A stretch of DNA of 64,000 nt from Hydrolagus colliei (Eukaryota), in assembly GCA_035084275.1 (NCBI GenBank), contig CM068749.1, positions 13,392,001-13,456,000 on the forward strand, read 5' to 3'. Positions within the stretch are counted from its first letter, which is position 1. The number at the start of each line of letters is the position of its first letter. The notes below the pieces were generated by a model. It was not told the origin of the DNA and did no database searches. It saw only the letters and a list, made by a program, of their open reading frames with translations. A program made the translations under genes and the position numbers. Positions 41,017 through 56,000 of the stretch are shown one piece after another.

Positions 41017-44000
41017 AATAAATATTTAGCTTGGGTAAATCGAAAAGTACAGACAGAAAGAAAAGCTTGATGATCATTCTCCCAGTGACTGAAAGGATGA
41101 GCAAGTCATGCTAGATTTTTGTCTCATTTTTTAATTAATATGAACAAAATACTGGCTGACACAAATTCATTATATCATTTCAATGGGATGAGGCAGCACA
41201 GCCAAGCCAAACTTCACCCTTACCTATACGTAGCAAGTCAGGAGTAGGTAACCTTACTGATTTTCTACTCCCAAATCTTGGTAGTGGATGCTTATTGTAG
41301 AGGTCTTGGTTTAGATTGGCACAGTCTAGTGGCTCAGTTACTATAGCATAGAACTTTCAAAGTAGTTACGTTATCTTGTTTACTGATTGAATTTGAACTT
41401 CACATCACCTTGTCTTAGAAACAGTGTTATTTGCTGCAAATATTCACACGGTGAGTTTTTTTTCAGGAATTTTCCATTTGTATTTCAGCCACCACAACAT
41501 TATCATGAAGGTTAGTGATAATAAAAAGTAAACTGATTGTGTTTGTTTATACTGTTCAGCGCCATGTACTCCAGAAAACGTTGAAGCCCATCTGGACTGT
41601 ACAACTAAAACTGTGTCAGTATCATGGAATCAAAGCAATGGGTCATCAATATACAGTGCAGTTGCCCAAGGATCCACTGGCCACACCGACTTGTGCACAG
41701 CAGCGGGAACAACCTGTGAATTATCAGACCTAAACTGTGGTCAGGTGTACAAGATAATTGTAACAGCACAAGACATCATATGCACAAGTTACCCGAGTAC
41801 CAGTTTTGAAATCCACACAGGTACATTTTCATCTTGTATATCTCACAAAGTTAAAGCTCTGTTGATTAACTCCTATTTTTGTTTCAAAAACTGGGTGAAT
41901 ATTTGATCAACGATCAGACTGAAGGTTAAAAGAATAAGTATAGGTGGCAGACCAGCAGATACTCTGAAGAACAAATGCAATCTGGTGAATTATGCACAAA
42001 ATGATTTTTTTTCTATTGGCTGCAACTGAAATGCAATATCACTTGAGTTTAGGTGTCAGCCTGGCTCAGTGGGTTTCTTCTGTCAGAAAGTTGTGTGTTC
42101 AAGGCAGGACTTTAAGATCATAGTCGAGGCTGACGCTTCAATGCAGTCCTGGGGTGGGGGGCTAAATTGTCAGATGTGCCATTTTTGTAATGAAATGTTA
42201 AATTGAGGGCTTCTCTATACAAGGGATGTTAGAGATCCAATGACAATACCTGAACCAGCCACTGAACAACAATCCTCCAGAAAAAGTTGATTTGCTCAAT
42301 GACTGTTGGAGTGACATTACTACTTGCAAGATGGCTAGTATTTGCCTGCACATACATAGTCATGATACATTTTATAGTAAATTATTTGAGAAATGTCATC
42401 AAATGATAAAACAACTGAATCTTTTATTATTGGGTGAAGATTAGTGAAACTGACAACAGGTAGGATCCCAAATCTAAACATTCATTCACCTCAGCACTCA
42501 TAAAGTAATGGGTAATGTTTCGAGCTGGATAGAATATTTAGCGGGAGGAAAATTTCAGATTTATATTAATATTTGTTAATGTGTTTTCAGAACCGTGTGC
42601 TCCACAGAATATTTACGCTGAAGTGGACTGTACCGATAATTGGGGTTTGGTGTCATGGGACTCCAGTGAGAGTGCAAAGTTGTACACCGCAATCATGCAG
42701 GGCATTGATGGGCATCAGCACACTTGTGACACAGAGAGTACAAGCTGTGAATTTAATGATCTGCACTGTGGCGAGTCATACAGTGTGATGGTGACAGCGC
42801 AAAACCACAAATGCAACAACTCACAACATTTAGTGGAAAAAATCCACACGGGTGAGTTTTTAGATTAGGTATATGGACGATGTCAATTCATTTAATTTTC
42901 ATGAATGTATCTCCTCGTTTGACTTGCATGTGAAAATTCCAATGTTGCCATCAAGTTTGATGCAATTTCACTTGAAACTTTTCAGCCCCAATATGCTTCA
43001 TTGGAAGAAGTTTTTTTTGGTATAAAGTAATCCATTCAGATTACAATAAACACTTACAATAAATAGTTTTTCTATTTACAGTAATCCATTCTCATGAACC
43101 ATATTGTTCTCTCTGAGATGGGAATATTATATGTGCTTTCAGTCAACAGAAACAATCGGGCAGGTTTCATGTCTGTGGCAGAGTTTTGTATGTTTGATGA
43201 TGTTTGATAAATAGTCAGCCATATCTTCCCCAAAGTTATTTTAAAACATGGGATAGATTCCATTACTGTGTTGGCTGTAGCTTTGTGAAGAAGTCGAGAC
43301 TGACAAGCTTAATGGCCTTTTTACTCTGTGTTTTATTTTATTCCTACTAAAAGCAACTTTGAAGACCCACCAAGTTGGCTGTCTTTGAATGAGGCTCAAG
43401 TAGTGCTATTGTTGCTTTTTAAGTAACAGTAATTGATTTGAATGCATTTACGGATAACAGATTGATCATTTCCTTTTGTGATCCATCAAAAATTTAGCAC
43501 CGTGTGAGCCAACCAACCTCGAGGCGTATCTGAACTGTGGGGCTAACTATATAAGCGTGTACTGGCAGAGCAGTGATGGAGCAAAGTCATACATTGTGAC
43601 TGCAGAAAATAATGATGGATCGTCCTCACATTCGTGTAGTGCAAATGGCACAGAGTGTGAGCTCACCAACTTGCCATGTGGCCAGATATACAACATATCC
43701 ATGATAGGACAGGATGAGAAGTGTAACTCTTCACGTACTTCTACTGTTGTTGTGACAATAGAAACAGGTAACTGTACTGTAGTTATCCTTTTGCCCATTA
43801 TGTATAATGTCATATATTCCACTTTAATTTTAATATTTGATGCAGATAAAACTTGTTTTTCTACAAAGTGGCTTCCTTATATAATAAATTGGTCACTCAA
43901 CTTGTGACTGTTTGAGAGACATTGCTGTACGCAATTGGCTGCTGCGTTTTTCACCCACAAATATACAATCAATTTACTTTACAGTACTGCATATTCTGTG

Positions 44001-47000
44001 AAGTGATTTGAACCATTTAGAGGATGTGCAAAGCGCTCTATCAAATGCAAGGATTATTATTATTATTAAATTGCAAAACCTAAACCATTATATTGTGACT
44101 CACAGTTGGAATTGCATCTGTTTTTGCTTTTATATCATTGCAGAACCCTGTATCCCAGAGAACGTTACGGCTTTTGTAGACTGTGCATCCAATGTTGCAA
44201 TACTGTCATGGGATCCAAGTCCTGGAGCTGATTCATATGTTGCAACTGTAAATGGAAGCAGTGGCCAGAGATTGTCATGTAACACAACAGAAATAAACTG
44301 CGAAATTCCAGATCTGCCATGTGGCGAGTATCACATGGTGATTGTCAAAGCGCTGGCTGATCACTGTAACAGTTTACAATCTTCGGAATTAGAAATTAAA
44401 TCAGGTATTATTATCCTCAATTTCAATCTGACTGTGATCATCTGAAGTAGATGCAAAACAAATTACACAAAGCAATGCATTTTACAAAATAATATTGGGT
44501 GATGCTGAGTCAAGTAGGAAGGATTGATCATTTAAGAAACAGTTAGATGCTGTAACGAGAAGAGGATAGGTCTGATGTTTTGGAAATCAAATGTACAGAA
44601 AGGCCTTCTTCAACCAAACATCTCTGGTGAGCTTGTAACTGAGTTATTCATTACTGTTATATCATTCAATGCATAGGTGAATGTGTTAAAACACTTACAA
44701 TAAATTGTTTTTCTATTTGATGATGTGGATTAATATAGGGTGAAGCAGCTCATGGAACCTCAGCATCAAATATCATGCATCAAAATCATTAAAGGTGTTG
44801 AAAAATTCAGATGGATCTGGAAACGTACAAGTTCTAGAATTTCAATGACCCATGCTGTTCTGTGTCCTAATTAACATTGGCAACCTTGTAGGATGAAAAA
44901 CACTCTTCTAAAATGTTTGCCTCCTCCTTAAAGATAGGTCACTACCAATATGACATGACTTATCTGGAAGTCTGGCTCTCGGTTGATGGCAATTCACTTC
45001 TGAAGCAAAGGGTCAAAATTAGGTCAAGATTCAAATTTCAATCTTTTCAATGGGAGTTGAATACATTAGACGTTATGGGAATGTCTAGATTAAATGATTA
45101 TTTAACAAAGTCCACTGATGTTAGTTTCGTTCACTTTCATTTTTACTCTTCCCAAAAGTACCCTGTCCGCCTCAGAATGTGGAAGTTGTTTTGGAATGTG
45201 AGAACAACACTGCCTTGGTAGTGTGGGATCCATGTAATAAAACAGTGATGTACACTGCATTAGCAAAAGGGAGTGATGGACACACAGCTCTATGTACCAC
45301 ATCCGATGCATATTGTGAAATATCAGATCTTCATTGTGGACTAATGTATAGTATCACTGTACAAGCCTTTGACGACAACTGCAATGGAAGTGAAAGCATG
45401 ATTTATGAAATTCAGACAGGTAAATATATGTTCATTGGAATGATTTATACCCCATGTATTGCACTGGACACATTGCATAAATGAGAGAAAAAGCATATGA
45501 TATTGTGATGGGAAATACCTTAGAAGGCACCAGTTTTGTATAGATTAGATGCTCGATCAGTGGGGGAGTTAAAGATAACAACAACAACAAAATTACACTT
45601 GTACAGCGCCTTTCACTTCAGGAGGACGTAAACGAGGTGTACAAATGGTATCAAATCTTAAAATTGTTTTGAAAAGATGGTAATGATATAATACAGTTAT
45701 TTTAATGTTTTGTGGAAAGATCCACATAGCAAAAAGTAGAAAGAATTGTTTTACAGTGGCTTATCACATCAAAACATCAACAAATATTTCACTGGTAAGT
45801 CACATCAAGTGGAGTGACTGTTTTTGTATGCCAATTCTACAAGGTTCCCGCAACCATCCAATAGGTGAAAGACCAATTAATCCGGAGGGCTGTTGTCAAA
45901 AACAAACGTGTTTCTGCTTTCTGATTAGTGTCAAATTATCTTTAGCGGCCAGATGGCTTAAAATCATATTCAAAAGACAGCGCTCCCAACATCGCAACTC
46001 CCACCTTCCTACCGTCAGAGTTTTAAACCAAGTACAATCTTCTGACCAAGCAGCTACCAATTGACCCAAGGTGATTCATGTGCATCACATTAAGGTGTAA
46101 TGTTCGAGTGGTCACATTTCCTGAAAAACAACTGAGAGCAAACTGAAACTGAAATTATACAGTAAAATAATTAAATTCCACAAATTGGAAAAGTTACAGA
46201 ACAATAGCAGACAATAGGGAAATAAGGAAATATGCAGTTAATATATTCCAAGTCAACTGTATTCATTTAATTAAATAATCAGCGCAACCTATCATTTTTA
46301 TTAGATATGATTAAATGCACCCTGGGCACTACCCTGGACAAGGGGCGCTATATAAATTCAAATTGTTGTTGTATTAATTCAAATTGTTGTTGTATTTTTT
46401 CCCCTCTTATTTCCTTTCTTCAGCACCATGTATGCCAGAAGAGTTTACTGCTCACCTGGAGTGTAATTCTAACACAGCAATAATCTCATGGGTGCAAAAT
46501 AATAGGACAGAATCATATGTTGCAACTGCAGAAGGATATGATGGACATACTCATTCATGCCAAACAACAGGGCTAAGCTGTGAAATTTTCGACCTGCACT
46601 GTGGACAGACTTATACTATAACTATCACTACACTAAGTGAAAAATGTAACAGTACTACAAGATCATTTGTTGAAATCACAGCTGGTAATAATTTCTTCAA
46701 TTCCTAAAGTGATTTATAACTATGAAAAATATATTCCCATTGTTCAATTAATGTATTTACAGGACATTACCTGAACTGATATTCATTCCTATTTATCTTC
46801 ACCAGCACCATGCATTCCTGAGAATGTAGTAGCTCAGCTGAACTGTGACACAAATACTGTAATAATCATATGGGATCCAAACATTAGAGCACAATTATAC
46901 AGTGTGATTGCTGAGGACAGAAGCGGAATTCTAACTTCATTCAGCACATCAGCTACAGAAGCTCAAATTTCAAACTTGGAGTGCGGTGAGAAGTATGCCA

Positions 47001-50000
47001 TTTCTGTGCTGGCCACAGATAACACATGCAACAGTTCCCAAAGTGCAGCAATTAACATGTACACAGGTAAAATTCATATTCATTAAGCATTTTTATGTCT
47101 CTTAACACACAACGTATTCAAGAGGCACTTTGTGAACGGCATATTGTTTTTGCTATGTTTTCCATTTGCTTGGTGAAAATATAGAGTTGGTTTGAGAAAG
47201 AGGCCCCATGATACAATTATATTTTCTAATGAATGGAAACATCTGTGCTTATGTAAGATATATATCTGCATATGTGAATTATTTAGTCATTATAATATAA
47301 GAGCCGAACTAGGCAAGGTCCTCGAAAATTTAACTGAGAGGAGAGGCGTATTAAACAATAAGCAATTAAACAATATTGAAATAAAGGTAATATGATCCCT
47401 GTCTTGTTAATAACATGTTTATGATTTAATTTTCTTTCTAGTTCCTTGTATCCCTGAAGCGACAGAAGCCTTTGTGAACTGTTTTACCAATGTTGTTTCA
47501 CTTCATTGGATACGGACTAAAGGTGCAAATTCATACCTTGTCACAACTGAAGGACGCAATGGCACCATTTCTGTGGACACAGTAACAAGCATACCCTTTG
47601 AAGTTGAAAATTTAGAATGTGGAGAGACATTTACTTTAAGTGTAACAGCACAGGGTGAGACATGTGACTCTCCGAAGGGCTCAAATGTTGACATAGAGAC
47701 AGGTAAACAATTTATTTCACAGATGTTCTGATTGAAAGTAGCATCCATTACTCTTGATAAAGGCTTGTGTCCATCTGAAGAAGCAAAAGCACTGCTGAAT
47801 AGAAAATTCTAAATAATTTGAGAAACTGGACAGTACTTGTACTTCCTAAATAAAGCAACATATTGTAGAGTAAGACCAGTCAAATACGAGTAAATGTTGG
47901 TGAAACAAATATTGCATTTAATCAGTGTTGTAAACTGATGTTGTAAACGGCACAGATTCAAATTAGAGCCACATCCAGTTCGACATTTTGAAACAAAAAA
48001 GCTTCTCCAAATGCATACAACCTCTTTGAAAGAGTCACCTCCCACAGGATGCTATTACAGAATGGAAACCCTACAGCACTACAAGTTATCAAGTATTTTT
48101 CCATATCCATAATGTTTAATATATTAAGTGATATAGTGCAGGTTTTATTTGCCATTCACTTTCTCTTTTGTTTAGAAACTCAAATATGACAGATATGCTC
48201 TACTGTCCTTGACTATCAGATAAATTTACCACTGTACAGTATTGTATATTTGAAATCTGTGGTCTTCTATGCATTTTAAACTTCCATTTCCTTTGTTTAA
48301 TTCTAGTCCCATGCGGTCCACAGATGATAAATGTAATTGTGGATTATGAGCTAAACACTGCCCAAGTGTCCTGGAATCAAAGTAAAGGTGCTAAATCGTA
48401 CTTTGCAACCGCTTTAGGAGATAACTGGGACTTTCTTTCATGCCGTACCTCAGAAACATCCTGCACACTACCCGTGTTATCTTGTGGCATGATTTATTCT
48501 GTGCTTGTCTATGCATCTAACAACAAATGCAATGAGTCGCAGAGTACAGCAGTTACAATCAGTTCAGGTAACATCACTTTTCGGTGATTAAATTAGTATG
48601 TTAATCAAGTAGAATCCCAGTTTAGAATCAGTATAATGTAAAGCACAGAAGAAGGCCATTCAGCCCACTATGTCTGTGCCAGGCCCCTTGAACAATCCTT
48701 TTAGTCCTACTTATCTGTCTTTTCGCCATATCCCTGACTCCAGGTAAGCAAGATGAACTGCATTAGAAGCAACAATAGAATATTTTTTTTTTTGAATTGA
48801 CCAAGTAAAAAATGACCAGAGAAGTGGTTTTAAGTTTTCAATAGATCACTATTATACATTTACTGTCCAACATTTTCAATACTAAAAAATAGAGGATGCA
48901 TATTTTATTTTTAGCTTTCATGTCACATTTGTATAAATGTTTGCATTTAAAGTAAATGCTGAATATGTCTTAATTTATGTCTCCTGTTTCTGAACTTTCA
49001 GCTCTATGCAGGCCCCAGAATGTAAGTGCTTCCGTTGACTGTCACAATAATTCAATCTTAGTAAATTGGGTGGAAAGTGAGAGAGCAATATTTTATACTG
49101 CATTTGCCGAAGGAATGGAAGGAGACAAAGTTTCATGTGAAGCAGAACACTCATTTTGTGCACTCACAGGACTCCTGTGTGGAGAGATTTACAGCATAAC
49201 TGTTTTTGCGATCAATGACCAAGGTAGCAGTTTACCAAGTTCTGCTATTGATGTTGAAACAGGTAAAACTATGTTTATTCTTCGGAAAATTAACAGAAAG
49301 GCAGAGGTGTTCGTAATGATGCTACATATTAGAAATGAATCATTAGTTTGTAATTAAATAAATGTTCTATTGAAATATCAGTTTTAAAAAAATAACTTTT
49401 ATTTGATTCTGATCGAATTTTTAGTTTCTCTATTTACTGCTTTGAAAAGTCTTCTGGGATCAAAAGAAACATTTGTTGCGATGAGGTTTTAATAATTGAT
49501 GTTGTGACTGCTAATTTTGCTAAAGGAATTTAAGTTGCAAATAGATGTAATTAATTATTTAATAAAAAACTGTATTTAAAATTTTAATACTGCCTTCTTG
49601 TGTTGCAATCGTCATTGTTTTAATAATAAGGGACCATGTTACTATCAAAGAAATGCAACTTTAGTCACCTGTGGTAATAAATGTATTTTTTATTCACAGT
49701 TCTCTCATGTGATTTCTTCTGTTTACAGTTCCATGCACCCCACAGAATGTAACCGCTTCCCTCAACTGTGATACTAACGATTTGTTAGTTTTATGGAATC
49801 CTGGTAATATCACAGAGACATACGTAATAACAACAGAAGGAAATGATGGGTCATTTACGTCATTCAATGAAACAGAAGCTAATACTACAATTTCCAATCT
49901 GCCTTGTGGACAGACATATTATATACGTGTACAGGCAATCAGCTCCCAGTGCAACAGCTTAGTAAGCTCTGCTGTTGACGTCAGATCAGGTAGCAAGGAA

Positions 50001-53000
50001 TAAAATATTGTGAACTATTCCTATAATTGATGGTGTATTGCAGCTCTTCTTGTGGACAACTGTAAGCCTTTGATCTTTTTGCAGTGGGTCATAACTTGCA
50101 CATTTTCTTTACACACAGCACCATGTTGCCCACAGGATGTGGATGCTCACATGGACTGTAACACTGGATTTCTGTCAGTCTCGTGGCAACCAAGTGAAGG
50201 CGCAGTATCATTTACTGCACGTGCAGAAGGGAGCAGTGTATCTATATCATCATGTACCTCTAACAGCACGATGTGTGAAATCACTGATTTTGAGTGTGGA
50301 GAGATCTATAATATAACAGTTTATGCTCATGCCGATTTGTGCGTCAGTCTTGAAAGTCCTCGTATCACGCTGAAAACAGGTAATTGGAGACCCATACCAA
50401 AATGGGCAGTTCGAATAAGGATTTATATCCTAATACCAATGTATGTGTTTTCACCTCTGACCTAGTAATCAGATTACACACCAATACAAAATGAGATATT
50501 AAATGACTTTTTTTAAAGTTGCAAATGTTAATATAAAACATTAGTTTCTGTTGTAACTTTCCTGCTGATATTACTATCCTGATCACTCTTGTATTCTTAT
50601 CAGATCCAGATTAACTGCTAGATTCACATGCATCATCTGACTTTATTTTCTTTGTTTTTAGCCTCGTGTGCCCCACAAAATGTCAGTGCTCATCTGGACT
50701 GTGACACCAATGATGCTCTCGTATCATGGGCAGACGCGAAAGGTACAGAGACATACTTTATAACAGCAGAGGGAAGAAATGGGAAAACAATATCATGCTA
50801 CACAAGCGACATATATTGTGAACTATATAATCTACCTTGTGGAGATATATATAATTTGACTGTGACAACAATGGATGCAGTATGTGACATTTCCCACAAC
50901 TCTCACTTGGATATTATATCTGGTAAGTGCTATTGTATGTGGTATGAAATTTAAAACAATTGTATTTGATTTCACACATGACAGAACACTTGTTGGAAGG
51001 CTTCAAATACTGTACTGTACAAGCAATATTCTGCTAAAATATTCCTGTTATATAAGAAAAAAAATATCTATAAGTGTGTTAGGAAGTGAATAAATATGTC
51101 CAGGGCAGGAGTTGACTTCATTTTTTTTCTGAACATAATTCATTTTTTTTATATGGGAACCAAGAAGCATGACATTTTCTGTATTTAGGGCTTTTGCTTA
51201 AAGGGCTGAGAAAGGGGATTGAGATTTTCTTTAAATCTAATAAACTGGTGCAATTGCCTAGATGGACTGAATGCCTCCTCTTTTTCCTGTTTTCTTATCT
51301 TCTTATGCATTCTGCTTCATACATCCACATTTTTTTTAACCAGTCTTTTAAAAAAAAACTCTACAGCTTATATACATTTTGCTTTTAGATTCCTGTACGG
51401 TAGTTTTTTTTTGACATATTTTACCTTTTTAGCACCATGTCCTCCATACTATGTCGATGTTGATGTGGAATGTGAAAATAACACAATGCTACTGTCATGG
51501 GGTGATAGTGACACAGCACTATCATACGTAGCATCTGTAAATGGCAGTGATGGAGCCTTATTCACTTGTATCACAACAAACAGAAGCTGCGAAATCAATA
51601 ATCTGGTATGCGGTGTCAAATACATAATTGATGTAGCGTCTGTGGATGGAAATTGCAATAGTATATCCAATGCATCTCATGAAGTCGGAGCAGGTAAAAA
51701 TTATCTTTAATATCAATTATTATATTTTGCTCAAATTGATCCATGAGAAAGTTAATGATAATACAGATTAGTATTCTCCCTCAGTTATTCAATTAAAAAA
51801 AATTCTGCCATTAAATCATTAAGTGTAATATTAACATTTAAAAGTAGATCAAAATATTGATTAGACATGTTCTACTACACTAAGTCAATTAATTTGCTTT
51901 ATAGGAAGTCAAAACATTAATTGAAATAGTAATAACAAGCTGAAGTATTTTATATCATAACTGATTTTCTTTTTTGTATTGTCTAGTTCCTTGTGCACCA
52001 CAAATTTTACAAGTTAGTTTAAACCCTCCTGGTGATGGTCTACAGGAGGTAGAGGTCTTCTGGAGTGACAGTAGCTGTGCTGAAGTTTATCAAGTAACTA
52101 TAGAAGGATACATTGAACTGGATCCAAATTCCATGTATATCTTACAATCATACTGGACTCCTACAGATAACTTCATTATACCAGTTCCTTGCAGTTCCTC
52201 ATACAAAGTGTTTGTCACAGCTAGAAATTCAGCAGGAATCAGCAGCCCTAGTTTTCTTTGGATTGGTGTTACTGGTAAGTGACCAAATACAGTACAGTAT
52301 AAGACAATTTAATGTGTGTAAAAAGTGAATGATTACAGCCAGTTTTAACAGGTCTTCTGGAATGGCATGGAAATAAAAATCATCTGCCTTGTAATCTAAT
52401 TTTGGTTTTAACAGCTTGTCTATATTAAATGCCTTGGAGTTGTACTGTTTACTACAGTTTAAACTATTTAGTTATTTTTCAAGGCAATAATCCCTCTTGG
52501 TGCATTGAGGAAAAACAGGAGCAACACTCCTTCAGTTGTTCACATTTGATATAGTGCTTTTCACATCTTATCGACGTCTCAAAGTGCTTCACAGAATGTA
52601 TGGTAAAGTGAATTGACTGTATATTTGTGGGCGAAACACAGCAGCCAAGTGAGCACAGCAGTGTCCCACAAACAGTCGTGGATTGAAAAATGATCCATTT
52701 TAATGGTTTTTGGAGGGACAGATTATTACTAGGTGTGTGGAGTAAGGAAAATTGCCCAAGGTTTCGCCTTCATCTGCCTGAATTCAAACACAGGTCTCAT
52801 GCTTGTAAGGCGAGTACTCTAACCATCGAGCTACAGGAGCTCCATATATTTGAGAAAACAGCACAATTTGAACATAGTATCTCTTCTCTCCTGACATTGA
52901 GTCCTGGATGAGGGCAAATTTCCTACAGCTCAAAGTCAATAAGACAGAGGCACTCCTGATTGGCTCACGTCAGTGCCTCCGCACCTCGGGCGCTGACAAC

Positions 53001-56000
53001 ATCAGCGTTCAAGGCTGCTCTCTCAACCTCTCGAAGCCAATCAGGAATCTGGGCATCTTGTTCGACCCCAAACTACCCTTCCTCCCCCACACCCACTCCA
53101 TGACCGGCACAGCCTTCCACCACCTCCGCAATATTGCCAGACTCCGCCACTACCTCACCCCCCATGCCGCCAAAACTCTCATCCACGCCTTTATCACTTC
53201 CAGGCTTGACTACAGGAACTCTCTCCTCATCGGCCTTCCTAGCTCCTCCCTTCACAGGCTGCAGATCATTCAGAACCCTGCAGCTCAGAATTCTACTTTC
53301 CTGTACCAGACTTCGTGACCACATCACTCCCACCCTCACGCGTCTCCACTGGATCCCCATCCCCCAGAGAATCGAATTCAAGATCCTCGTCGTCACTTTC
53401 AAGGCCATTCACGGCCTTGCCTCCGCCTATCTCTCTGACCTGTTGTCTCCCTATCAGCCTGCCTGCCCCCTCTGTTCAGCAGACTCAGGTCTGCTCCGCT
53501 TCCACCGCCCTAACTGCCCAAACATCGACGGCCGGGCTTTCAGCCTCTCTGCTCCCACACTGTGGAACTCCATCCCGCAGCCCCTCCACCTTGCCTCCTC
53601 CCTTTCCTCCTTCAAGGCCAGTCTCAAGACCTTCCTCTTCAACCGCGCCTTCGGCTGCCCCACTAACTCTTCCCCCTTTGATTCCCCTTCCCTAATCAAT
53701 ATGTCAAACTTTTATTTAACATACTTCCTCTTTGATGTTTTCTTTTAGCCTATTCATTTCAGCTGTAAGAATGATTCTGATACCATATTGTTTTCAATTA
53801 TACAATCTTAATGCCATGAACAGATTTTCACTTAATTCATCATTCTGTATCCTGCACCAAATATCTTTGATGGACATGTTTGAATATATCTAAACAAGCA
53901 GGTGAAATGCCTTATCAGTCCAAAAAATAAGTTTGGGGTTAGAAAACAATTTAATTAAATAAGGCATTCAAGAAATTTTCAGGTTTTGACATCAGGACTT
54001 GTCATCTGCATATTCAGACATTTTTATCCTTGAAATTAAAACTTATGACAGACAGAGTACTAGTCATCAAATGGATTGGATTACAATCTTTTTTTAAAGG
54101 CTTTGTGTACCTTAATAGTACAAAACTTTAATTGTATACATTTTTAAATCTTGTTTCAGTTCCTTGTCCTCCAAAGAACTTCACTGCAGTTGCAGAAAAC
54201 AACACTCTATCATTGTCATGGATGGAGTCAATCAATGCTACAGAATATATTGTGTATGCCGTCTCTAGTTCAGCTAATATTCAAATATGCAGAACACCAC
54301 AGCTGTATTGTGAAGCTGAAGCAAATAGTTACAACACAAATAATGTTGAAATTATTGCATCAAATTCTGTTGGTGAAAGTGAACCCAGCGTTATCAATGT
54401 CTTGCAAGGTAAGTTTTCCTGCACTAAAGACAACTGAGTTATCAGGAGGATAATTCTCAGCACTTCATAGGTATTACTGTAAATAGAATCACTGTATTTG
54501 TAAGTAAATATCGCAGCAAATGGCACAGGAATGTCCTATAGTGATAAAACAATTAACAATTTTATTTGGGGGATTGTAGGCCAGAAGAAAATCTCTTCTC
54601 TTTTCAAATAGTGCAATGGGATATTTAACGTCTACCTGAACCGGCAAAAACTTAAATTTAATATCTCATCAGAAGAGACGGCACCTCCAAAAATCCAACA
54701 CACCCAGCACTAAATTTGGAATGTTATTTTTAGGCTATATGAGTTCAAGTCCCAATGTGGAATTTGAATACTCTTACCTTCTGACTCAAGGAGAGAATGA
54801 GTCACATTCCCCAGCACCGTTCACATAAGCAATAAGCAAAAAAACACAGATAGTGGATATATCTGAGCAAAAGCGAAATGGACAGACTTGAAGGAAATCA
54901 AAAGCCCAGTGAAGTGATTTTAAAGGATTGAAAAGGTACATTTTCAGAAGTTTTGAAAATGGGAGGATGGGAGGCTGAGATTTTGGAGAGTTCCAAAGAG
55001 CTACCATTGGTGGGCATACACACATTCCTAAATTTGCAGAGATAAGGAATTAGGCAGGAATGTGGGACTGGGGGAAATTACAGAGGTAGTGAGAAGCCAT
55101 AGTGTAGAGAAATTTGAAGATCAAGAATCGTGCAGTTGATCATTGAGAAACAGGTAGCCAACAGAGCCCGGGAAGGACAATTAACTGAAATTTGTAAGAA
55201 TAAAAATCAGAAAAATTTCTAATGAAATATATTCTGAAATTAATTTTGTCTTAGCAATCAATAGAAATTAATGGCAAAACACATGTTCCAAAACATTCTA
55301 GAGGCTTTATCTTCCTGAATGTTTGTCAAATCTTGAGTTTGAAAATGGAAGAGCAGTTGCCAAAATATTACTTGCAAGTGATATGATGAACACCTCAACT
55401 CTATTCCACTACCAAACAATTTTTCTTATAGTAATTGAACTTTAAAGTAGATTCTAAAGTAGCACAAGTTATTTCTAGACATGATAAGCAAAGGCAATGT
55501 GTTTTCCTAGGAAATTGAACATTTATTTATAAAGACACTGCATGTATAACACTATCATGTAATGTTTTAATTATCAAGCACTGTTTCACAAGTTGTCTGA
55601 GGACATTCACGATTGCTAACCATAATATTGATTTGTGTTTTTAAGCAAATGTTTACTTTGTTTTAATAATACAGGGAGACATCATATTATCATTATAATT
55701 TTGAGGCCGAGGAACAAATTATACAATGCCTCTTTGAACAACGAAGGTAATTCATTTTCATAAATGAGAATTTATAAGGAAACACGTATAAATTAGCTTT
55801 ATATCTCAACATTTTTAATTTTTGGTAAACTTCACTGCTGAGAAATAGAACAATTTTGTACATTTGGCATCGAAGCAATCACAAGCCACATATTGTAATT
55901 ACAAGCTCCAAATTTTTACAGGGCAGAGAAAAGTTCAAAGCACCATTTAAAAAAATAATCACATAAAAGCACCCAATTTGAATCTCTTGATTATCCATAC

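Noticed and set aside
46328-46350. CTCF-like cctggacaaggggcgcta
   Set aside because: Part of a LINE2/SINE 3' tail (gcgctatataaatt...ttgttgttg).
22851-51670. Recurring minus-strand ORFs over FN3 exons
   Set aside because: Antisense shadows of the repeated coding exons, with no independent splice or domain signal.
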